Below, in pieces: positions 47,013-56,584 of a stretch of DNA of 64,000 nt. The translations under genes were made by a program, and so were the position numbers. How positions within the stretch are numbered: position 1 is the first letter of the stretch; each line of letters starts with the position of its first letter. The notes below the pieces were generated by a model, which was not told where the DNA came from, ran no database searches, and was given only the letters and a program-made list of their open reading frames with translations. This DNA is from Gemmatimonadales bacterium (GTDB lineage Bacteria > Gemmatimonadota > Gemmatimonadetes > Gemmatimonadales > GWC2-71-9). Location: NCBI GenBank assembly GCA_041615815.1, contig JBFJCP010000008.1, forward strand, positions 63,154-127,153. The letters are read 5' to 3'.

Positions 47013-49259
47013 ATGTTACCGCCCCGGACCCTTCGATTCGCTGGAGCGACCGGCCTCATCCTCCTGGGCCTGACCTTGCCCACGTCGGACAGCCAGCAGG
47101 CAGTCCAGCACGGTCCGGCAGCGGATGATGTCTGGTCGTGGCATTCGGCCGAGCGTCTGCGGTCGGTGGTTCGGGAGAAACGGGCGACGGCGGACGAGGT
47201 GATCGAGGCGGCGCAGGCAGAGCTTGCCTTGGCGAGGCCGGATCACGCCCTTGGACTCTTGCGGGAAATGACTGCGGATTCCGCCCCACAGCGCGATCCG
47301 CGAATCCTGGCGCTCATGGCGGACGCCGCCGGTCAGGCGGGCGAAGTGCGTGAAGCCGGTGAACTCTATGCGCGTGCAGGGGCGGTGGCGGTAGGCGTGG
47401 AACGGGGCACGTTGTCCGCGCGTGCCGGAGCGGCGTTTGAACGGGCAGGAGACATCGAGGCGGCCAAAGAGCAGTACCGCCGTGCGCGCCTCGCCTTACC
47501 GGGCATCGGTGGCTGGATCGCTATCAGGGAAGCAGCGGTGACGCAGAGCACGGCGGAGGCGCTGCAACTGATTCGTCGCGCCCCGCCGGAAGCGAAGCGT
47601 CTCGCCAATCGCGCCAAGGCGACCGTGCTCCTGTCTGCTGGCGACAGTGTCGCGGCGCTCCGCTCGTGGGTGGCCGCGTCGGACGACACCGCTGCGGCCA
47701 AGCTAGCACTATCCCTAGGGGACACGGCCGCGGCACGTGGCCATGCATATATGGCCCTGCGCGCCAATGACAGCGCTCGAGTCCGGGCTGTTCTGCCGCT
47801 CCTCCGCGGTCCATTGCGTCCCACGACGTCGGCAGAGCGACTGCAGGCAGCAGCCGCGGTCCGCGGGATCGGTGAAATGCGCGATGGTCTTGCGTGGGTC
47901 GAGACCGTGGTCGCCGCCGGCGACTCCTCCGCCCCAACCATGCTGCTCTTTGGGCGGTTGTTGTCTGACGCGGGCCGTCGGGCAGAGGCCTTGGGCGCGT
48001 ACGCCAGCGCGATGAAGGGAGCCGACCCGGAGGCCGGATCGGCAGCCTATCGGCGAGCGCGCCTTTTACTCCGGGTCGGGCGCCGCTCCGACGGTTATGC
48101 GGCACTGTTGGCCTTCGCGGAAGCCCATCCCGACTGGCCGGAAGCAGCCGACGCATTCGCGGAGGTCGCCGCGGCCCGCCGACGAGCGGGACGAGTCCGG
48201 GAGGCCGACAGCCTGGTTGGCGTCTTGACGGAGCGCTGGCCGCGAGATCCCGCGGTCGGCCAGGTGCGACTGGAGCGAGCGGCCGCGGCGCTGGTGCGCG
48301 GGGACAGCGGAGACGCCGTCCAGTGGCTCCGGGCTGAGGTGAACGCTGAGGGTGCGCAACGACACGCCGCTCAGCTCCTGCTTGGGCATTTCGCCGCCGC
48401 GCGTGGGCGGCACAGCGAAGCTCACTCCAGATGGTACGCGGTCGTCCAGGACGATTCGTTGGGCTACTACGGGGCGGTTGCCCGCGCGCTAGTGGGGGGG
48501 GAACTCCCTCGTATTGCGGCGCCGACCCCGAGCGAGGGGAGTATTCGCATCCGGGCGGCGTTTCAGCGGCTCGATGTGTTGCGAGATGCGTTCCCGGACG
48601 GACCCGAGGTTCAGGAGTTCGTGGAGTGGTTGACCAGCCAACGCGACGGGCCAGTGTCGGAGGTCTTGGACATCGGTGAAGGTCTCGTCGCCCGTGGCTG
48701 GATGCGGGAGGGCGTGCGTCTTGGATGGCACGTCGTCCGACGCCATACCTTACATGACCCGCGTGTCTTGCGGCTGGTGTATCCCTGGCCGTATCGGAAC
48801 CTGATCGAGTCAGAGGCACGGAAATTCGACATCGATCCGTATCTCCTCGCCGCCATGATCCGGCAAGAGTCGGCCTTTCTTCCGACGGTCACGTCTCGGG
48901 CCGGAGCGCGTGGTCTCATGCAGCTGATGCCAGCCACGGCCGCTTACGTGGCGAAGCGGCTGCGCGTGGAGTGGCGTGACCCGTTCTTGGGCGTGCCGGA
49001 CGCGAATGTACACATCGGGTCGGCACATCTCGGTGCGCTCCTTCGACGCTATGACGGTGCCGTGCTCCACGCCCTGGCGGCCTACAATGCCGGGGGCACG
49101 CCGGTAAACCGTTGGCTCCGCCGCCCAGATGCTCAGGCGCTGGACCTCTTTGTCGAGCGCATTCCGTACATGGAGACCCGCAACTACGTGAAGAGCGTGC
49201 GGCGGAACGTGGATCTCTACCGCGCACTGTACCCGCCGAGGGATCCCGGCTCTTCGTGA
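47013..49259 (+). CDS. soluble lytic murein transglycosylase (Slt-like, TPR N-terminus)
   Basis: IRQESAF, GARGLMQLMP, AAYNAG, ETRNYV. Confidence 0.9.
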   Translation: MLPPRTLRFAGATGLILLGLTLPTSDSQQAVQHGPAADDVWSWHSAERLRSVVREKRATADEVIEAAQAELALARPDHALGLLREMTADSAPQRDPRILALMADAAGQAGEVREAGELYARAGAVAVGVERGTLSARAGAAFERAGDIEAAKEQYRRARLALPGIGGWIAIREAAVTQSTAEALQLIRRAPPEAKRLANRAKATVLLSAGDSVAALRSWVAASDDTAAAKLALSLGDTAAARGHAYMALRANDSARVRAVLPLLRGPLRPTTSAERLQAAAAVRGIGEMRDGLAWVETVVAAGDSSAPTMLLFGRLLSDAGRRAEALGAYASAMKGADPEAGSAAYRRARLLLRVGRRSDGYAALLAFAEAHPDWPEAADAFAEVAAARRRAGRVREADSLVGVLTERWPRDPAVGQVRLERAAAALVRGDSGDAVQWLRAEVNAEGAQRHAAQLLLGHFAAARGRHSEAHSRWYAVVQDDSLGYYGAVARALVGGELPRIAAPTPSEGSIRIRAAFQRLDVLRDAFPDGPEVQEFVEWLTSQRDGPVSEVLDIGEGLVARGWMREGVRLGWHVVRRHTLHDPRVLRLVYPWPYRNLIESEARKFDIDPYLLAAMIRQESAFLPTVTSRAGARGLMQLMPATAAYVAKRLRVEWRDPFLGVPDANVHIGSAHLGALLRRYDGAVLHALAAYNAGGTPVNRWLRRPDAQALDLFVERIPYMETRNYVKSVRRNVDLYRALYPPRDPGSS

Positions 49260-49801
49260 GCCGCGCTACCCTGCGCAGGGTGCTGCACGCGGCCACCGGC
49301 TTGGTGGTCTTAGCGATTCCACTCCTCTCCTGGTCTCTCTTCCGGCAAATCGTCTGGTACATCGCGGGTGGGGTTGTCCTCATCGATGTCATTCGGCTGC
49401 GCGTCCCGGCAATCCACGCGGCCGCGAGCGCGTTGGTCCCCGTGTTTCGAGATGGAGAAGACCAGCGCCTGAGTGGAGCGGCGTGGTTGTGGCTCGGCTA
49501 CGGGTTGGCGGCGGCGGTTCCAGGGCCGGCCGCGGCTGCCGGAATCCTCGTTGCGGCGCTGGCGGATCCGGCGGCGGCTGCTGTGGGCACTCGGTTTGGT
49601 GCTCCGAGGGCGAAAACCTGGCAGGGGAGTGCCGCGTGCATGCTGGTTGCCATCGCGGTGCTCTCCGCATTGGCTCTTCCCGTTCGTGCAGTCGTGCTGG
49701 GCTCCGTGGTCGGAACGGCGTTCGAGCGCTGGCCAGGACCGTTCGACGACAATCTGCTCACCCCGCCTGGGGTGGCAGGGGTGGTCGCCTTGCTGACCTG
49801 A
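49256..49801 (+). CDS. phytol/dolichol kinase-like (CTP_transf_1) membrane protein
   Basis: RRVLH, ADPAAAAVG..G, KTWQGS, DDNL. Confidence 0.78.
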   Translation: MSRATLRRVLHAATGLVVLAIPLLSWSLFRQIVWYIAGGVVLIDVIRLRVPAIHAAASALVPVFRDGEDQRLSGAAWLWLGYGLAAAVPGPAAAAGILVAALADPAAAAVGTRFGAPRAKTWQGSAACMLVAIAVLSALALPVRAVVLGSVVGTAFERWPGPFDDNLLTPPGVAGVVALLT

Positions 49802-49824
49802 CGGGTTGTCGGTTTCTTCCGCGG

Positions 49825-52590
49825 ATGCCGGACCTCGCAAGCGAGACCTCGAAGCCCCGTCTTTTTCTCATCGATGGGTATGCCCTGATCTACCGTGCGT
49901 TTTTCGCGATGATCGGCCGTCCGCTTCGGACCAGCCGTGGCGAAAACACGTCGGCCGTCTGGGGCGTTGCGAATTTCCTGCAGCGGCTGTTTGCGCAACA
50001 TTGTCCCACGTACGTGGCGTGGGTGCACGATGCGGGCACGTCGTTTCGGACCGAGGTCTACGAAGATTATAAAGCGACACGGGAGAAGTTGGACGACGAG
50101 CTTCAAGAAGACTTCGATCGATCGGTCGAGCGGATCACCACACTGCTCGAGGCCTATGGCGTGTCGCTGGTGGAGATCGACGGTTACGAAGCCGATGACA
50201 TCATCGGCACCCTCGCCACCTTGGCCGTGGAGCAAGGGCTAGAAGTCATCATCGTATCGGGCGACAAAGATTTCTATCAATTGATAGGTGACGAGATTGC
50301 GCTTCTGAATCCAGGGCGCGGTGGTCCTGCGGCCGTAGAGGAGCATTGGGTCGATGTGTCCAACGCGCACGAGCGCTTGGGTGTTCCGCCGGAACGGGTG
50401 GTGGACTATTTAGCGCTCGTTGGGGACTCGTCGGACAACGTGCCGGGTGTTCGCGGTATCGGAGACAAGACAGCGCGAAAACTCCTCTCGCAGTTCGGGG
50501 ACCTCGACACGGTGCTTGCCCACGCGGGTGATGTGAAGGGCAAGCGGGCCCGGGAGGCTTTGCAGGCACACGCGGATGCGGCGCGCTTGAGCCGGGATCT
50601 CGTCACGATTCGGCGGAACGTCCCTCTCGATCTCGATCTTGAGACGCTACGTGCCGGCGAGCCGGACCTGGTCGCGCTTCGCAAGTTGTACGCTGATCTC
50701 GAGTTCCACTCGCTCTTGCCCGAGCTGGACGCCGACACGGGAGTCGACGAGGTCTCGAGTGAGTGTCGATTGGTCACTACGGTCACCGAGCTTCCCGCTA
50801 TCGTGGAAGCCATGCGGTCGGCCACCATCGTGGCGGTCCACGCCGAGGCCGACGGGGCCGATCCCTTGCGTGGGTCATTGGTCGGGTTGTCGATTTCCAT
50901 TGACGACGGCCACTCGTGGTACTTGCCATTTGCGCACCGGGTCCCAGATGGTGAGCTGATGCACGATGCGCCGCCCGCCAACCTGCCCGCCCTCGGTTCG
51001 CCCCCGCTCCGCCCGCTGGCGGATGCGCTGGGCGATTCCGGAGTGCCAAAGGCCGGTCACGATCTCAAACGGACGAGCCTCGTCCTTCGGCGCGCCGGCG
51101 TTCGGTTGGCGGGCGTTCGGTTCGATGCAGCGCTGGCGAGCTTTGTGCTCGATCCGGGGCGCCGGTCCCACGCGCTGGATGTCCTCGCCTTCGATCATCT
51201 CGGGGTTTCGCTGACGACCGAGCAAAGCCTGCTTGGCAAGGGTAGAGCCCAACGTTCGTTCGCCGAAGTCGATCCTCCGCGGGCGGCCTCGTACGGTAGT
51301 GCCCGATGTGATGTGGTGTTACGCCTACGCCGTCACTACGACGCGCAACTGCGGGATCTCGGACTCGCCGAGCTACTCGAACGAATCGAGCTCCCGCTGT
51401 TGAGTGTGCTGGTAGAGATGGAATGGAAGGGCATCGGCATCGACACGGATCGGCTGGCTGCGCTGGCTCGAGAGTTCGGCATCGCCCTCCGGGACATCGA
51501 ACAGGCCATCTATCGCGAAGCAGGCGTCGACTTCAACATCAATAGCACACCGCAGCTGCGGCATATCCTCTTCGAAAAACTCAATCTCCCGGTCATCAAG
51601 AAGACCAAGACGGGGCCGTCCACGGATGCCGAGGTGCTCGCACAGCTTGCCGCGACAGGGTACCAGGTTCCACAGCTCCTGCTGGAGTATCGGGAGCTCA
51701 GCAAGTTGAAATCGACCTACGTGGACGTGCTGCCCTCCCGCGTGAATCCCGAAACCGGGCGCATCCACACCAATTTCAATCAAACCGGTGCCTCCACTGG
51801 CCGCTTGTCGTCCTCGGATCCGAATCTGCAGAACATTCCGGTCCGGACACCACGGGGAGAGCGCATTCGGCAATGCTTCGTGCCAGCGTCAGGAGCGCTG
51901 TTTGTGGTGGGAGACTACTCGCAAATCGAGCTCCGGGTGCTCGCGCACTTGTCACAGGATCCGGCGTTCATCAGTGCATTTCAGAGGGGAGGAGACATTC
52001 ATCGGGAAACCGCGGCGATCATTTTCGACGTGGCGACCGATGCCGTCACACCGGAGATGCGCGCCAGGGCCAAGACGATCAACTTCGCCACCATTTACGG
52101 ACAGGGGCCATTCGCCCTGAGCCGGCAACTCGGCATCCCGCAGGAAGAAGCCCGGGCGTTCATCAAACTTTACTTTGAGCGGTTCGCCGGCGTGAGACGC
52201 TTCCTGGACGACACCATCGCACTTGCGAAGAAACAAGGGTTTGTGGAAACGCTCTTCGGACGGCGCCGATACATTCCAGAGCTCAAGGATCCGAATTACA
52301 GTGTTCGCGCCTTCGGTGAGCGGACGGCGATGAACTCGCCGATTCAGGGGTCGGCGGCGGATTTGATCAAGGTGGCCATGATCGGCCTCTACCGTGCCTT
52401 CGGCGAGGCCCGATTGGATAGCGCGATACTGTTGCAAGTCCACGACGAACTCGTGGTCGAGGCACCGATGGAAGAGGTCGATCGAACGAAGGAGATTCTC
52501 CGACGGGAGATGGAGGGCGCGGCAGAGCTCAGCGTTCCGCTCGCTGTGGATGTGGGGGTTGGCCCGAACTGGCTGGACGCCAAGCACTAG
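49825..52590 (+). CDS. polA: DNA polymerase I
   Basis: LIDGYALIYRAFF, GYEADD, GDSSDNVPG, TGRLSSSDPNLQNIP, DYSQIELR, KTINFATIYG, QVHDEL. Confidence 0.97.
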   Translation: MPDLASETSKPRLFLIDGYALIYRAFFAMIGRPLRTSRGENTSAVWGVANFLQRLFAQHCPTYVAWVHDAGTSFRTEVYEDYKATREKLDDELQEDFDRSVERITTLLEAYGVSLVEIDGYEADDIIGTLATLAVEQGLEVIIVSGDKDFYQLIGDEIALLNPGRGGPAAVEEHWVDVSNAHERLGVPPERVVDYLALVGDSSDNVPGVRGIGDKTARKLLSQFGDLDTVLAHAGDVKGKRAREALQAHADAARLSRDLVTIRRNVPLDLDLETLRAGEPDLVALRKLYADLEFHSLLPELDADTGVDEVSSECRLVTTVTELPAIVEAMRSATIVAVHAEADGADPLRGSLVGLSISIDDGHSWYLPFAHRVPDGELMHDAPPANLPALGSPPLRPLADALGDSGVPKAGHDLKRTSLVLRRAGVRLAGVRFDAALASFVLDPGRRSHALDVLAFDHLGVSLTTEQSLLGKGRAQRSFAEVDPPRAASYGSARCDVVLRLRRHYDAQLRDLGLAELLERIELPLLSVLVEMEWKGIGIDTDRLAALAREFGIALRDIEQAIYREAGVDFNINSTPQLRHILFEKLNLPVIKKTKTGPSTDAEVLAQLAATGYQVPQLLLEYRELSKLKSTYVDVLPSRVNPETGRIHTNFNQTGASTGRLSSSDPNLQNIPVRTPRGERIRQCFVPASGALFVVGDYSQIELRVLAHLSQDPAFISAFQRGGDIHRETAAIIFDVATDAVTPEMRARAKTINFATIYGQGPFALSRQLGIPQEEARAFIKLYFERFAGVRRFLDDTIALAKKQGFVETLFGRRRYIPELKDPNYSVRAFGERTAMNSPIQGSAADLIKVAMIGLYRAFGEARLDSAILLQVHDELVVEAPMEEVDRTKEILRREMEGAAELSVPLAVDVGVGPNWLDAKH

Positions 52591-52610
52591 CATCCCGCAG
52601 GTTGATCCCG

Positions 52611-52625
52611 TGGCCTGATTGTTGC
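52611..52625 (+). promoter_or_regulatory. sigma54 promoter of the pilin gene
   Basis: TGGCCT-GATTG-TTGC (GG-N10-GC). Confidence 0.65.
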
Positions 52626-52679
52626 AAATATTCATTCATGTTCGCATCGACGTCACCCCTTCGTCCCATGCGCCCTGTG

Positions 52680-53066
52680 ATGCGAAACCGTCGAGGATTC
52701 ACGTTCGTCGAGCTCATGATCGTCGTGACGATCATGGGTCTGCTGGCCTCCATCGCCTTGAACCGCCTTATCGGTACCCAGAGCCGATCGTTCGTCGCGA
52801 CGATGAAATCGGATCTGCGGAACTTCGCGCTGGCCGAAGAGTCCTACTTCTACGACTTCGATGTTTACAGCGGGGATGTGACCACATTGGAAAATCGTGG
52901 CTTCGCGATCAGCACGGGTGCCAGTGTTTCCGTCAATGAGGCAACGGTCTTGGGCTGGTCGGCCACCGCCACGCATGCGAACACCCCCGTTCAATGCTAC
53001 ATCTTCATCGGAAGCGCGGCTCCGGTCGGCTCCGCGACCACCGCGGGGGAGATCAGCTGTAGCTGA
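52680..53066 (+). CDS. type IV pilin-like protein
   Basis: Prepilin site RRG/FTFVELMIVV, MKSDLRN, C-terminal Cys pair. Start could be 52638 or 52668. Confidence 0.88.
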   Translation: MRNRRGFTFVELMIVVTIMGLLASIALNRLIGTQSRSFVATMKSDLRNFALAEESYFYDFDVYSGDVTTLENRGFAISTGASVSVNEATVLGWSATATHANTPVQCYIFIGSAAPVGSATTAGEISCS

Positions 53067-53103
53067 TCCCGTCTGGCGCGAGTTCGAACGCCGGCGAGAG
53101 GGA

Positions 53104-53388
53104 ATGGCCCACGCCGTGTCCGGTGGGTTGTGGCTCCATCGTTTCGTGCTGCGTGGTGAGCGCTGGGCACACCTCGTGTCTTCAGATCGCGTGGCGCTCC
53201 TTCGAGCTGGGGCGATGCTCGGCATGCGAGCCGAATGGCTGCAGTACAAACCCCTCAAACATCCGCAGACCGGCGAACCGGTGGAGGCGTGGCACTGGGA
53301 TCTTCGCGGACCGCCGTTGGCGTTGGCCCTTCGTCTCGCGGGGCCTCGAGTTCCGGGTGGCTCGTCCGAGCCGATGGCTCACGAATAG
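53104..53388 (+). CDS. DUF4031-like protein
   Basis: WAHLVS...LGMRAEWLQ...WHWDL resembles DUF4031. Start uncertain. Confidence 0.5.
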   Translation: MAHAVSGGLWLHRFVLRGERWAHLVSSDRVALLRAGAMLGMRAEWLQYKPLKHPQTGEPVEAWHWDLRGPPLALALRLAGPRVPGGSSEPMAHE

Positions 53389-55642
53389 GCTCCGTTGACG
53401 CGGCCCTGATCCCAGGCCACCAGTTCCACTGCCCCGCGATGTGCATGATCGCCGGGACGAGCACCATCCTGATGAGGGTGGCATCCAGTAGCACGGCCAT
53501 TCCCAGAGCGAATCCCAGAAACTGTGCCGCGAGCACACGGGAAAACGTGAATGCCCAGAACACGATGATCATGATCGCCGCGGCACTGGTGATCACGGAC
53601 GCAGTAGCCGTGAGCCCCTCCATCGTGGCCTGGTCGTTTCGACGTGATCGGTCGAAGGCCTCCTTGATGCGTGAGAGCAGGAACACCTCGTAATCCATAC
53701 TCAACCCGAATACGATTGCAAAGACGAGCACCGGGACCACCACGTAAATGGCTTCGGTGGGACCGTCCAAACCGAAAAGGCCCGCGCCCCAGCCGTGCTG
53801 GAAGATCAGTACCGTGATCCCGAACGTGCCTGCCACCGACACGCAGTTCATCACGACCGCTTTGAGCGGCACGAGGATCGACTTGAACGCGATGAACAAC
53901 ATGACCGCGGTGGTCACCAACACGAGCGCGATGACCAGTGGGAACTGGCTCAACAACTCGTCTTGCAGATCCACACTGGAAGCCGAAAAGCCTCCCACAT
54001 ACACGTCCACGGAATCGAGCCCCTGAATCCCTGCGTCCACGGACTCCCGGATACGTCGGACCGTCTCCATCGACCCCGTGAGCGATGTCGAATCCGCCAG
54101 GATGACATCGAGGAGCGCGGTACTGGCATCTTCGGACAGGTACGCCGAAAAGAATTCGGGAGCCCGAGCCCGTGCCGCATCCAGGTTGCTGTAGAACATG
54201 GTGAGCCGCAGCGCGGAGATCCCTGGTTGAAGGTCGACAACGCTGCGTACCTGGGCGACCCGTGGATCCGTCCGGATGGAATCCGACAGTCTCTTGAGAC
54301 CGCGGATGTACCGAGAACCGACAATGCGTTCGCCGTCCGGCGCGCTCGCCACCACGCGGACCGGTTGGAGGGCGCCCCGGGCGCCGATCTGATTCAGGGC
54401 CTGGACACCCTGGCTGGATTCGGTTTTGGCCGGAAACCACCCGGAACGCGGAAGGCCGATCTTGATTTGCGTGAGCGGCAACGTGATGAGCGTGACGATC
54501 GTGCCCCCCAACACGATGGCTCGCCACGGGTGGTGTCCAAGCCAACGGGCCCATCGCTCCCACCCGGTGGGCTGGTGGTACCACGAGAGTCGCTTGGCCA
54601 GCCACTTGGGAAGGTCGATGGCCCTGCCCATGATCGACAGCACGGCCGGGAGAAAAGTGACCGAGAGCAGGACGGCAACGGTCACCACGAACACACCACC
54701 AATCGCCACGGAACGCGTTTCCGTTACCGGGGTGATGAGCAGTGAGGCGAACCCGACGATGACCGTGAGGCCGCTCGTCACGACCGCTTTGCCCGCCGTG
54801 GCAATCGTCCGTTCCGCCGCCTCGCGCCGGCTCCGGCCCCGGTTCAGCTCTTCACGGAAGCGCGTCACGATGAGCAGCGAATAGTCGATCCCGACGCCCA
54901 GCCCAACCATGGTGGTAATCGTCAACACGAAGACCGACATCGGATAGACCGACCCCGCCACTTGCACGAGCGCCAACGAGCACGTGATCGCAAAGATCCC
55001 GATGATGAGGGGCAAGACCGCCGCCACGAGCGCGCCAAAGGCCAGCACCAGCACGATCGCAGCAAAGGGCAACGCATTGCGCTCGCTCCGTTCGGCGTCG
55101 TGCTTGCTCACGGTCCGTACGTCGTAATCGAGGGCCGGGCCACCGGTGACGTTGACCGCGTACTCGGTGGCTCCTGGGACGCGTGTCTCTGCCGCATGGA
55201 TGGCCGCGCGGAACTGGGCCACGTAGTCCGTCGCTCGCCGGTCGGTATCCACCTGGACGGTGGCCAGGAAGAACGTCGTGTGCCCATCCGCGCTGACGAG
55301 ACTGGAATCCTGTGTGTCCAGGTACGAGACGACCCGGCTGATGTAGGGTTGCGCAAGGGCCGTTCGAGCGAGGGAGTCGAGAACAGTTTGGTACTGCGGG
55401 TCCTCGATGGAGGTTGGGCCGTTTATCGTCACCGCGAAGAAATCGGCGATCGGCTGCTGGAACGCCTCGCGAATCAAGTCATCGGCCTGCTGGGAATCCG
55501 AATCGTAGAGCGAATGGCCTTGGACCTCGAGGACCTGGTCGACTTTCGATGCCCGCGGGATCGCCAAGGCCGCGACAATCAGCCATAGCACAATCAGCGG
55601 GAGCCGGAACCTGACAATTCCCCGAGCCGGGGGCGCGATCAC
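53255..55642 (-). CDS. MMPL (RND superfamily) transporter
   Basis: GLGVGIDYSLLIVTRFREEL, FGLSMDYEVFLLSRIKE, DATLIRMVLVPA. Confidence 0.92.
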   Translation of the reverse strand: MIAPPARGIVRFRLPLIVLWLIVAALAIPRASKVDQVLEVQGHSLYDSDSQQADDLIREAFQQPIADFFAVTINGPTSIEDPQYQTVLDSLARTALAQPYISRVVSYLDTQDSSLVSADGHTTFFLATVQVDTDRRATDYVAQFRAAIHAAETRVPGATEYAVNVTGGPALDYDVRTVSKHDAERSERNALPFAAIVLVLAFGALVAAVLPLIIGIFAITCSLALVQVAGSVYPMSVFVLTITTMVGLGVGIDYSLLIVTRFREELNRGRSRREAAERTIATAGKAVVTSGLTVIVGFASLLITPVTETRSVAIGGVFVVTVAVLLSVTFLPAVLSIMGRAIDLPKWLAKRLSWYHQPTGWERWARWLGHHPWRAIVLGGTIVTLITLPLTQIKIGLPRSGWFPAKTESSQGVQALNQIGARGALQPVRVVASAPDGERIVGSRYIRGLKRLSDSIRTDPRVAQVRSVVDLQPGISALRLTMFYSNLDAARARAPEFFSAYLSEDASTALLDVILADSTSLTGSMETVRRIRESVDAGIQGLDSVDVYVGGFSASSVDLQDELLSQFPLVIALVLVTTAVMLFIAFKSILVPLKAVVMNCVSVAGTFGITVLIFQHGWGAGLFGLDGPTEAIYVVVPVLVFAIVFGLSMDYEVFLLSRIKEAFDRSRRNDQATMEGLTATASVITSAAAIMIIVFWAFTFSRVLAAQFLGFALGMAVLLDATLIRMVLVPAIMHIAGQWNWWPGIRAASTEPIREPSARTSHPELEAPRDEGPTPTAVREDPSATPPPVRRSADV

Positions 55643-55828
55643 GCGGGCTCCCCCTCGGCGGTCGAGATTGGTCCGAATTGTGCTGTATATCCCGCAGACA
55701 TCGCTTGATCTGAGAGGGCTCAGTGTTTGGACGAACGCGACAAGTGGCTCAAATGATAGAACTTAAATCGGTCCGATGCCAGACATGACCTCTCGTGCTG
55801 CTCCCGTGGATCTTCCGGATTGGACGCC

Positions 55829-56578
55829 ATGCATCGTGCGCGATTAGTGGCGTTCGCCGCTTTGCTAGGTGCCGGAGGCGCCGCGCTGGCCCTGCGCACA
55901 CCATCGGGGACTCCGCACCCGCTCGTCCGTGCGGTCTCCGGTGGAGGACAATCGTCGATCGGGGCGACCGTGTACTTGGACAGTGCCCTCGCTCAGCGAC
56001 AACGTATTCTGCGTCAGATTGCCGGTTCGGACACCTACCTCCAGCACATGCTGACGCAGGGAGATTCGATGTTGCGGCGGTGGCCGGATCGAGTGAACAA
56101 ACCCATCACGGTGCACCTCGATATGGGGGCGAAGGTTTCCGGTGTGAGCGAGGCACATCGACAGGCTGTCCGCGATGCGTTTGCTCGTTGGCAGCGTGTG
56201 GCGGCGATCCCCGTCCAGTTTGCCTTCGTGCGCGACTCAGCTCGCGCAGAAGTCCGTGTGCGCTGGGTCCGGACCTTTGCGATGCGGCGCGCAGGCCAGG
56301 CGGACGTGGTTTGGAATCAAGACGGCTGGCTGGTGAAGGCCTCGCTGACGCTCGCCACCAATACCACCGATGGCCAGGTGCTGTCCCCGGACGCCGTGTA
56401 CACGGTCACACTACATGAGATCGGTCACCTCTTGGGCCTCGGGCACAGCGATGCGCCGGAGGACGTGATGTACCCCACCACGTCGGTCCACGACCTGACG
56501 TTCCGAGACCGCCACACCGCGCGGCTACTGTACGCACTTCCCCCGGGTTCGTTGCGCTTCCCCGAGACGCTTGACTGA
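55829..56578 (+). CDS. matrixin-family metalloprotease
   Basis: HEIGHLLGLGHS, Met-turn DVMYP, signal peptide. Confidence 0.88.
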   Translation: MHRARLVAFAALLGAGGAALALRTPSGTPHPLVRAVSGGGQSSIGATVYLDSALAQRQRILRQIAGSDTYLQHMLTQGDSMLRRWPDRVNKPITVHLDMGAKVSGVSEAHRQAVRDAFARWQRVAAIPVQFAFVRDSARAEVRVRWVRTFAMRRAGQADVVWNQDGWLVKASLTLATNTTDGQVLSPDAVYTVTLHEIGHLLGLGHSDAPEDVMYPTTSVHDLTFRDRHTARLLYALPPGSLRFPETLD

Positions 56579-56584
56579 CCTTCG

